Positions 27,410-37,368 of a stretch of DNA of 64,000 nucleotides are shown here, piece after piece; within the stretch, counting starts at the first letter, position 1; each line of letters begins with the position of its first letter. The notes under the pieces are model-generated. The model searched no databases. It had not been told where the DNA came from and was given only the letters and a program-made list of their open reading frames with translations. The position numbers and the translations under genes were made by a program. Source of the DNA: Pseudovirgaria hyperparasitica (Eukaryota); NCBI GenBank assembly GCA_010093815.1, contig ML996580.1. One strand, 5' to 3'.

Positions 27410-30400
27410 ATGCCTACGCGAAACGTCCCTACCCGGGAACATCGAAGTCCCATCCGCGCTCCCCCGCGATCCCCGGTTCGAGCGGCTTTCAGATTCCCTT
27501 CCGACCAGCACCTACTCATAACGACGCAGAAAGAGGTCTCGATATGGGACCGGGACGGCGTGAGACCGGTGTTTGAATCTGGCTCGTGTGGAATTCTTGC
27601 AGCTAGGGAAGCTCATGACGGGAGTGGTCTGCTAGCCATTGCAGATGACCATGTTGTTGTGCTGCACGATTTACGGCAGGCCTTGGATCGAAGCTACAGG
27701 CTGCGCGGAACAGACGTGAGTTCCTCTCAAGACGCAAGCTGCTTCGCATGATCGAGAGAGCCTGACAAGGTCCTGTAGGGCAAAGTTCGTCTGTTGGAGT
27801 ATGCCAGCGACTCACAGAGCATCTATTTCACTACCTCGCTACAAAACGCCGTCCAAATCTACTCTCTCAAACAGTCTGCCCTCCTGACTCCTCTGTCCGA
27901 TCTTCCGGCTCCTCCGACCGCGCTTGCTCTGTCGCCGACCTCGCATCTCCTCATCACCGCGTCCGAGAACCCTGCAGCGATATACATACATAACCTTGTC
28001 TTGAAGACACCACCACAGCTCCTCCAGCCTAGATCCTCCACCAGTCCCGTCGATGTGATTGTCTTTCATCCCGAGCGACCAAACATATTCCTGCTGGGGT
28101 TCAGAGACGGAACACTCACAGCGTACGATGCTTCTCGGCTTCCTGTGGCGAGGGGGGTCAAGCACCACCGGCAGACCGGAGAGATCAGCAGCTTCAAGAG
28201 CTTGCATACAGTGATAGGTCGTCAAGAGAGAAGCATTGCATCCGAAGGCGGTGAGAGTGTAGTCAGGAGGACCGTCGCAATCACTGGAGCGGCTTTTATC
28301 AAAGGCTACCAATCGCGAGCTGTGAGCATCGGGAGAGATGGAAAAGCCCGCATTGTAGACTTTGATCTAGGTGGCAAGATTCTCAGGACATGGCATGTCA
28401 AAGCGCCAGCTACATCGTTATCTGTCTATCAAACAAAGCCTGCTTCGCCGACAGGGCAGAGTCCTGGCAAAAGAAAGGCTGCCAGCCGCCCAACTTCACA
28501 AACTTCCTCTACGCAATCGACTGCCTCTGATCACATCATTGCTATCGGCAGGCAGGATGGGAAAGTCTTGCTCTTCAACGCCATCGGACTCTTGCTGCAA
28601 GAGAAGGTCGTGGATAGCGACTCGAATCCTGTGCTGGGTGTGCACTGGACTACGAGAGCCGCGAGGCCTATGGCCTTGGAACCGAATACAGCCAGTAAAG
28701 CAGCGAGCCAGGCCAATAGTGAAAATCCCAGTGCCATAAGTAGTGCCCTTGGATCCCAGAATGGTGACCTGACCAGCAAGGAGCAAACTATTGAGCCGGA
28801 GGCAGCAGCAAAACAGGAGCACGCTTCCGATCTAGACGACTTTCTGGCCAATGAAGAGGATTGGACAGAGATTGCCCCTACGGAAGAAATCACGCCTCTG
28901 GAAATCGAAGGCAGTCTTGGAACCTCGATTGACGAAGACATGTCAGGGACAGTAAACTTTACTCCCTTGAAAAGCACGGTCGAGAGGCAGGTACCAGCTA
29001 TTCCTGCATCGAACTATATGGATTTGTTCTCCCCTGTGAAACCGGGGCAAGCAATCGACCCTCCTGTGTCTCCCAAACGGAATGCACGAAGGATACGCCC
29101 TCGTCTTAGAAGCTCAACGTTTGTTGATAAGAGCTCTAGGGAGTTGGATTCGGCTCTTCATTCATCATTGAATAGTGTCCCGGACGACTTTTCAGCTGGT
29201 GAACCTGACCTCGCGCAACGTGGTTCGATAGTAAGAAGCACTGAGAAGCTCGACGCTGCATCACAACCCGAGAGTGCTTGGGAAACTACTGATGAAGCAT
29301 CGCCTCTGACCGCGAAAGGCTCAAACGATGCCCTAGATGCCGCATTGCAATCGGAAAATGCATGGGAGACTGCGACAGAAGCATCCCCGACATCAGCAAA
29401 GAAATCCGACGATACACTTCACGCTGTGGGAGAAAGATCAAATCCTCCCAAGCTTACCGTGCGACGTGCACCAAAGGCACGAAGGAAAAATAGACCATCT
29501 GGCCACGCTCGTATGCCAGGAGCTTTCATGGCTTCTGACATGAGCCTTCTTCCCAGAACAGAAGCTCTGATCTCGATAGAACCTGGCGGTGTGGGTGCTA
29601 TACGAAGGAACCAAACCGATGGGTCTGGCTCCCACCCAAGAAAGATCGGAAATATAGCTATGCTGGCACCATATATCAATCGGCCGCAAAAGTCATCGCA
29701 ATCAAGCAATAAGTCGATCGACTCATTGGTGAAGCCACTCGCTATACCAAGTCCAAAGCTTCATAAGCAATTGGACATGGACGAGGACATCTGGTGCACT
29801 TCGACTAACGCATCTCCATTGACAGCCATTCGACCATCCCGGAAGAGTAGACGGTCGCAACACATCCAATCTCCCTTAGACTCTGATATCCAGTCACCAT
29901 CTCTACAGTCTGATGGCGCTCTAGACGACACAGCGTTCCGCTCCTCTGCCTTTCTCCCCATCTCCCACGACCCGCGATGCTCCAAGGCTCCCCAAGTACG
30001 GCCATCTCCTCATCCCTTACACAATGCTAGGCCACATCACCCCCGCTCTCCGAGATCCCCAGCCTCTGTCCTTGCCGGGTCTCCCCATTCGCCCGTGTAC
30101 GGGTATTCACCACCATCCTCATCGAAGCCTAGTGGCGACCCGCCGTCAAAACTTGGACCAGGAGCAGCACGGTGTGATCCTCTCAGTATGCACGAGTGGT
30201 TTCCACGTAGGAGTTCGCACGCAGCAAAGACCTCGAAGGCTCCTAGGCCATCTAATTCTAGAATCACAAATGATGACTTTGGTACGCCACTCCGGAGACG
30301 TCTTCTACCTAATCAATCGCCCGGATCACCTCTCTCACACGACTCGCCCTTCTTTTCTAGATCGCCCGAGTCGCCCAGTAGCCTGGTTGCCATCCAAGAT

Positions 30401-30655
30401 CATCGCACAGCTACGTCTTGCTCCCAGTATAAGAGCTCCGCAAGTACCGCGATGCCGCCGTGTCAGCATGAGGCTTGTGCGGAAATGCGTGATGAGATGA
30501 CTCGTATGCGACAGGACATCGAGCAAATGAAGCTGGAAATGAAGGAACTGAGGGAGCTTGTACGGCCAAGGTCAAAAGGGGGTTTGGGGTTTGGGATGGG
30601 GAATAGTCGTGGGAGAGAGGTGGTTGATGTTGATGGAGTACCCAACGTCGAATGA
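27410..30655 (+). CDS. WD40-repeat protein with long disordered middle and C-terminal coiled coil (~1060 aa, 2 exons)
   Basis: Exon 1 is 27410-27715, intron 27716-27778 (GTGAGT...CTGAC...TAG), exon 2 is 27779-30655 in frame. WD-like blades include ALALSPTSHLLITAS, IVFHPERPNIFLLGFRDGTL, AVSIGRDGKARIVD and IAIGRQDGKVLLFN. Heptad helix EMRDEMTRMRQDIEQMKLEMKELRELV near the C-terminus. Confidence 0.85.
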
Positions 30656-31079
30656 GAATACTGTTCCTATTGCTGTCTAAAAGTGTTCATCTGTTTCCAT
30701 GCCTTGTTGAATGATGAATCGTAGGAATGATTGTGGCTCGGTGTCATGAGGCTGACGCGGATTAAACATTGGCGTCCCTTTTAAGGCTAGAGTTAAGGCA
30801 GGGGCGACGGGAAGCGGTTGCTTCGGCACTCCCCAATCCATGGACTAGCGTACTCTCAACATCTGTTGATGAATCCTCACTTCTCTGCTCTTCATCCCAT
30901 CAATTACCTCGCGATATCATCTGTTTAGTCGTTTTACAGAGATCCGTAGCTGCATATACCCTTATCTGTTGTTTAATCCACTCGTTGTCTGCAGCAGTGT
31001 AGTTTCAATTTCCATTTCAGGTGCACACACCACCCACCACTAGCTCAACTAATTGCTTGCCAAACAAACTTCCAACACT

Positions 31080-32564
31080 ATGGACTCTCACAACGAACTC
31101 GTCAACACTGTTGTCGAACGCATCCGGGACTTCCACGAACGGAAAGTTCCCTTCAAGATCTACCATGGCTCGACAAACAGCACGCGCGATGCCGGCTTCC
31201 AGCGCGACAAGATTGTGGACACGAGCAAGCTTGATCGGGTGCTGAAAGTCGATACGACTGCAAAGACGGCACTCGTCGAACCGAATGTGGGCATGGACCG
31301 GCTGGTGGAGGAGACGGGAAAGTGTGGTCTGGTCCCGGAGGTCGTCATGGAATTTCCTGGCATCACGGCAGGCGGCGGATTCGTGGGCATGGCGGGCGAG
31401 AGCAGCTCTTTCCGATATGGCTTCTTCAACCAGACCGCGAATTGGATCGAGGTTGTTCTGGCGAATGGCGAGCTTGTCAAGGCTTCGCCGACCGAGAATC
31501 AGGACTTGTTTCGTGGGGCGTCTGGGTCGTTTGGCACGCTTGGTGTTTTGACGCTGCTTGAGATTCGGCTTGTGGAGAGGAGGAGGTTTGTCGAAGTCAC
31601 ATACGATCCTGTGTCTTCGATTCCGGAGGCTGTGGCTAAGATTGAGGACTGCAGGGCGAACAAGGAAGTTGAGTATGTTGATGCTATTCTGTACAGCGCG
31701 AATAGCGGTGTGATTGTCACTGGGAGACAGACTGACGGAGCGACTGGTCTGCGGAAACAAGGGTTCCTCAAGTCTACTGATCCATGGTTCTATCTACACG
31801 CCAAGAAGATTCTGAAAAAGAACAAGGAGAAGCCGACCAAGGAGCTGGTGCCGATCGAAGACTATCTTTTTCGCTATGACCGTGGTGCTTTCTGGACTGG
31901 AGAGTATGCGTTCAAGTGGTTCGTGACGCCGTTCAACCGCATTACCCGATGGGCTCTGGACCACTTTATGCACACGCGTGTGATGTATCATGCCCTTCAC
32001 AAGAGCGGGCATTCGAAGCAATACATCATTCAAGACCTGGCAATTCCGGTGTCGAGGGTGCAAGATTTCATCCAGTACGTCGACGACTCATTTGGTATCT
32101 ACCCGCTCTGGCTATGCCCGTTGAGAGAGGACGGCAAATACGCAGCATCGCCGAACGGCGGGAAAGATTCCATCCTCGAGACGAACGAACACCTCCTGAA
32201 TGTCGGCGTATGGGGTCCAGGCCCGACCAAGTACCCCGAGTTTGTGGAGAAGAACAGAGAGATGGAGAGCAAGGTGCGCGAATTCGGCGGCGTGAAGTGG
32301 CTATACGCACAGGCCTTTTACACCGAGGAGGAGTTCTGGTCCATCTACGACCGCCAGGCATACGACGAGCTACGGGCAAAGTACCATGCGAGCAATCTGC
32401 CGACGGTGTACAGCAAGACGAATGCGCCGCTGGTAGAGCCTGTTCCGGATCCCTCGACCTGGCGGGGCTGGCTGCGACACAAGACGTTTGGCGTGTGGCC
32501 GATTAGTGGAGTGTATGGGGTGGTGTCGACGGTGCTGAGCAAGGAGTATTTGCTCAAGAAGTGA
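31080..32564 (+). CDS. FAD-binding (PCMH-type) oxidoreductase, Delta(24)-sterol reductase (DHCR24/DWF1)-like, 494 aa, intronless
   Basis: Motifs VEPNVGMDRLV, VVMEFPGITAGGGFVGMAGESSSFRYGFF, QDLFRGASGSFGTLGVL, YLFRYDRGAFW, IYPLWLCP and KWLYAQ are typical of the DHCR24-like family. First ATG at 31080. Confidence 0.85.
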   Translation: MDSHNELVNTVVERIRDFHERKVPFKIYHGSTNSTRDAGFQRDKIVDTSKLDRVLKVDTTAKTALVEPNVGMDRLVEETGKCGLVPEVVMEFPGITAGGGFVGMAGESSSFRYGFFNQTANWIEVVLANGELVKASPTENQDLFRGASGSFGTLGVLTLLEIRLVERRRFVEVTYDPVSSIPEAVAKIEDCRANKEVEYVDAILYSANSGVIVTGRQTDGATGLRKQGFLKSTDPWFYLHAKKILKKNKEKPTKELVPIEDYLFRYDRGAFWTGEYAFKWFVTPFNRITRWALDHFMHTRVMYHALHKSGHSKQYIIQDLAIPVSRVQDFIQYVDDSFGIYPLWLCPLREDGKYAASPNGGKDSILETNEHLLNVGVWGPGPTKYPEFVEKNREMESKVREFGGVKWLYAQAFYTEEEFWSIYDRQAYDELRAKYHASNLPTVYSKTNAPLVEPVPDPSTWRGWLRHKTFGVWPISGVYGVVSTVLSKEYLLKK

Positions 32565-33052
32565 GCGTGTGTTATGTGGTAGGCTCTACAATCGTTTCTT
32601 GAAATGATGTACAATGTTGGTATAGATAGATAAGGTACTGCTTAATTAGCTGTGGATGGTTTTGGATAGAGCGGATCACAGTTCACTAGGGCTATACCTG
32701 CCGAATACACACCATGCCGGTACTCACTATGGCTCCGAAAGATGTTAGTAGCATTGTATAATATACATGTATCAACAACTCTATTTATACACACTGCTGC
32801 TACTAGGCGTCGGATCAGGTGGGAGCGGCGGCGGCGGCTGTTAGCGGGACGGAGCAGCACACAGCACAACCACAGAACCTTCGCCCCACCAAGCAAGCCT
32901 CCACCAGCGTCCGACAGTCCACCCAGCCTTCTTCTTCACACTCCCACAATTCGCTTTGTTCGTCATACGACCTTCTTTCTTTACTCTCTGTCCACGTTTT
33001 CTTGCAGGTCACTCGACCGTCAATCTCTCTTCATTCCACCCAGTGGGTTATC

Positions 33053-33132
33053 ATGACCGCTCCTCTCTCGCTATCCATGTTGCAACGGATTCCCCGGTCC
33101 CTCTCTGCACCATGACTGCTCACACAGCGTAA
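33053..33132 (+). promoter_or_regulatory. Two overlapping candidate uORFs (33053-33115, 20 aa; 33112-33132, 6 aa) upstream of the PIN gene
   Basis: MTAPLSLSMLQRIPRSLSAP* overlaps MTAHTA* through an ATGA stop-start, 140-220 nt upstream of the main ATG (33275). Whether they lie in the transcript is not established. Confidence 0.45.
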
Positions 33133-33274
33133 CCGCTTTCGAGACCACACTTCGAATTAAATCACCAATAAAAAAGGTATCCAATACTACTACCACTCGA
33201 CTTCAAACATCAGCACCACGCGCCGCCTAAAAGGCCTTTTCTCCCATACCTATACAGTGCGACGTGGCTTCATC

Positions 33275-34590
33275 ATGCTGAACCCAACCCGAAAGGTGTT
33301 CAACTGCATCGTCGACGACAGCGCCCTAGCCTCCGGGCTCCGGAAGAATACACGTGATGGTATCCGGAAATGGGTGAGCGCAGGTGCAATAAGGCTATTT
33401 GTCCCGCTTCACAGTAAGGCTTCTGGCGGCAGCATCATTGGCTCGGCCAGCTCTCTGACACACCTCCCAATATAGCCCTGGAGCAACTGAAACTACTGAA
33501 GAACATCAACGGCCGCATAGGCTCCGATGCGCGCGAAGCGATCAACTGGCTCGACGAGATTACCTCGCTGCCGAACTCGGGCGTCTACTTGCAGGAGCCG
33601 GACCAGGCATACAGTACTTGGGAAGAGGTGGAGGACTTTATGCTCCCGGAGACGCTGCTGTCGGAGAGGCACGCAGAGCACGACGAACCAGATGTCCTGG
33701 CTGGGGACTTTGAGCAGTCCCTGGGCTTGCATGCTGCGCACGAAGAGTCCGACCAGGCTTCGCTGAACTCCAGCCAGAGCTTCGAGCGTCGGCCGCTGAC
33801 GCCCTGCTCGCCCAGTTCCTTGTCTCCCGGCACGAGCCCCAGAAAACTGGCACGAAGTCCAAAGAAAGCGGCGGTAGAGGGCGACAGGAAGAATGTGTCT
33901 GACTATACTGCGAGAAACAGCCTGGATGGGGTTGCGGTTGCAGACGTCGAGGAAAATGGCGCACCACGCATGTTGCGGCCGCTGTTCAACCACTCCGTGT
34001 GGCTGATCAACCAGGAGCCAAACTCCGAAACGGCGCTCCAGAATTTTATTCTTTTGACCAACGACATGAAGAAACAAGCCGTTGCCTCCAAATTCGGCAT
34101 ACGGGCCCGTCGTCTCGAAGAGCTCCGTGACATCATCGGCCGTGAAGACCGCGACCTAAAGAACCGCGTCCAGCTGTTCAAGAAAGAAAGCAAGGAACTA
34201 TACTCGCCCCCGGGCGCGTTGCTCAATCGTACCCCTGTTGGTCCAAAGAAATCCCGCGAATTCGTTCAGGAGAATGTTGCTGGCATCACAACCCCGAAAG
34301 GCAACTCACGCGGCTCGGCCACATCAAACGGCCACATGCTCGACCCAAACGAGTTCTCCCGCAGCCCGCCACCGTCGTCTCGGAGCGGTGGTGGTCGTGG
34401 TGGGAGAACGCCGGTCAGAGGTCCGCCGCGTGGGCCCTTTCATGCCTCCTCGCTCGACCGCAACTCTCCCCGGGGGCTAACTCCATCACCCAACCCGGCA
34501 CGCCCAATCGACCCAGACTCGTTCTCACGGCCTACGCCGGCAGGTCGTGCTATGAGAGGCGGCAGACGAAGACTATGGGAGCCAGCCTAG
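33275..34590 (+). CDS. PIN-domain protein, Nmd4/SMG5-6-like (~417 aa, 2 exons)
   Basis: Exon 1 is 33275-33413, intron 33414-33475 (GTAAGG...CTGAC...TAG), exon 2 is 33476-34590. PIN-like elements CIVDDSAL, LFVPLHTLEQLKLLK, AREAINWLD and FILLTND...ASKFGI. Low-complexity RG-rich tail ends RGGRRRLWEPA. Confidence 0.75.
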
Positions 34591-35090
34591 TGAAACACGG
34601 GCCTCGTCGACGTATTATCGACCTGCCTCGCCCTATGTCCTGATACCGAACCATGTGTCTCCACGAGCACGCGCAAACTTTTTCTTTGGGCTTTCGAACT
34701 GGGGAATCTGCCGGCTTTGCACGTTGGTGGTGGCGGTCCCGACGGAATTGATGGATGCCTGGTTGTGGTTTATGCGATGCGGAGCAATGTCGTTGTTGTT
34801 GTCGTCGTGGCGATTAGTGTGGAGTATGCTGTGTTTTTTTTGCAGACTTCACACAGCACGGCGCGCTGGGCGGGGCCATTCGTCGTCACTTAACTCTGAT
34901 GCCCAGCAGCTCATACATGCACCACAACAACGTACGCGCACGCATACACGCATACACGCATACACAAACAAACAAACAAACAAACAAACATACATCACTG
35001 TCAAAAAGTCTCGTCTATGCAGACAACGCGATATATAACCCGGAAGAAAGAACGGAGGTGTGTCTGTGTGGAAAATATGCAGGTCGGCTC

Positions 35091-35153
35091 GTAGTAGTAG
35101 TGGTAGTAGTAGTAGTGGTGGTAGTGGTAGTAGTAGTAGTGGTAGTAGTAGTA
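35091..35153. repeat. (GTA/GTG)21 trinucleotide repeat
   Basis: gtagtagtagtggtagtagtagtagtggtggtagtgg... Confidence 0.92.
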
Positions 35154-35271
35154 TCGGATCGTATTTGTCTCGGTAATTACAATTGTTTCTGCCGCCCGCT
35201 GGAGGGAGGAGTGATGATGGGGTTTTGAGTTTTTGCATGCATAATTGCGTACGTCAACACATGTACACACA

Positions 35272-35385
35272 CGGAACGTACGTACACACACACACACGGA
35301 ACGTACGTACACACACACACACGGAACGTACGTACACACACACACACGGAACGTACACACACGGAACGTACACACACACACGTGT
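35272..35385. repeat. 25-bp minisatellite CGGAACGTACGTACACACACACACA x3 plus two shortened copies
   Basis: Units start at 35272, 35297 and 35322; truncated units at 35347 and 35362. Palindromic ACGTACGT core. Confidence 0.9.
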
Positions 35386-35884
35386 ACACATGGAATGTTT
35401 ATATTTATATTTATATTTGTATTCAATATTCAACATTAATACGCACACATTCGATGTTCACTGGCGGCAATACAAGCACAGGCGGAAATACAGGCGGAAA
35501 GACAAGCGGAAAGACAAGCACAAACAAACAAACAAACAAATGGACACAAAATCAAAAGTCAAGAATAAAACCTTCGTTCGTTCAGAGGTATTTTGTTTCG
35601 AGTGTCACCTTTGTATCCGGTTTTAGGGGGGAAAGGGGGGAAGGGGGAGGGGAAGGGGGAATGGAAGTGGGAAGGGAAACTGGGCTTGGGTTGGGGATGT
35701 GGTTTTGGGCTTTTCTTCTTCTTATCTCTTTTTTCTTCGTTTTCTTCTGTTTTTGTTTTGTTGTCCTTGTGTGTCTTTTTCTTTTGTCTCACTCTCTTTG
35801 TCTCACTCTTTGTCTCACTCTTTGTCTTCTGCGTGTGTACTATAATTAGGAATAGGTATAGAAAGGACAGAAGGACAGAAAGGT

Positions 35885-36006
35885 TATGCTGTGTTGTGGT
35901 GCTGTGGTGTGGTGTGCTGTGGTGTGGTGTGCTGTGGTGCTGTGTTGTGGTGTGGTGTGCTGTGTTGTGGTGTGCTGCTGTGGAAATGTAGTGTGCTGTG
36001 TTGTGG
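35885..36006. repeat. Degenerate TGTGG/TGTGC pentamer array
   Basis: gtgttgtggtgctgtggtgtggtgtgctgtggtgtggtgtgctgtgg... Confidence 0.85.
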
Positions 36007-36027
36007 AAATGGATCTACAGGGTTCTT

Positions 36028-36106
<79 letters not shown>
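36028..36106. repeat. Compound (TC)~10(TG)~29 microsatellite
   Basis: Directly visible dinucleotide runs. Confidence 0.95.
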
Positions 36107-36108
<2 letters not shown>

Positions 36109-37368
36109 CTATCTGTCTTATTTGATGATCAGCTTACAACTCTGTCCTTGACTCCGGGGTATCCGTCCATAGCCTCGGACTCTTGACTCTTGACTCTGAC
36201 TCTTGACTATCTGCATCTAGCCATGCCTACAGACTAACTTCCAACCCAGACTTTAGACTTCCGACTTCAGACTTCAGACTTTTTTTTTTTTTTTAAAAAA
36301 AGCTCTGTCCCTTTGACACACTCACTCTATAGGCCTCTCTACCATCTCTAACCTCGGACTTCTGACTTTTCTGACTCCAGACACCCTGACCCCTCCTCCC
36401 CCTTGACTCTTTGTCGGGGGTACCCCCTTTTTGACTCTGGTTGTAATTATTAGCTTTCCCGGACCCTCTCTCTGACTTTCCAAAGTAACTAATAACTCTT
36501 TAAAATCCAATCCCCATGTATTATTGTCTAGATTATTTTCTATTCGTTTTCTAGTTTCCATGATTGTTATCAATTATCAATTATCATTAGCATTAGCATT
36601 TGTCATGGATTGATATATATATAAAGACTCTTAACGACTCTCTTGAGACTACAGGCATGTTTATCTTTTCGTCTTGTTATATATCTTGTCTTGGGTGTGT
36701 TGTTGGTTTGTGCTTCGGTGTATCGGTGCTTGGTTTCATGTATTAGAGAGAGACTTACCCTACAACATGCACTCACTCGATACAAACATACATACATACA
36801 TACATACATACAACCCTATAACAAACACACACCGTCTCCCTACGTCTCTCTCTCTCCGTTATCGTTCCGTCCCACCCTTGATCATTAAATCAAATTACTA
36901 TATATATATACATATATACACAGTGTAATGGACGTAAGAGACGCGATTGACGTCACCAACTCTTCATCACCTGACTAAATTCATATAACATGTTGTGGCA
37001 TATATATAGTATATATAGTACATAGTATCTAGAGCATGAAGAAAGGAAGGAGACCGAGAAAAAGCAGGAAGAAATTACTTCCGCAATCTTATTATTGTTC
37101 GTCGCTATCGAGTGGATAAGTAGGTAAGTTGATGCGTAGATAGATGGATGGAGGTAGTCAAAATTCATATTCAAAGGATTACTAGCTGTATGTATACATT
37201 TGCATAGTGGAGCAGCGTGCGCAGTCGAGATATCAACAACGTACCCCTACTGCTGAGATCCATGTGCTGGAGTCCACTCCTCCTCCTCCACACCTCCACC
37301 CCCTTTTTAAGATCCGAAACGACACCCACAATATATACATATATACATACAATACAACACCCACCCAC

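Noticed and set aside
35272..35385. 25-bp repeats with a palindromic core as a CRISPR-like array
   Set aside because: Head-to-tail units with no unique spacers, no cas genes, and a eukaryotic context.
34849..36186. Numerous Cys/Val/His/Thr-rich ORFs (metallothionein-like at first sight)
   Set aside because: They arise from (TG)n, (GTA)n and TGTGG repeats in all frames.
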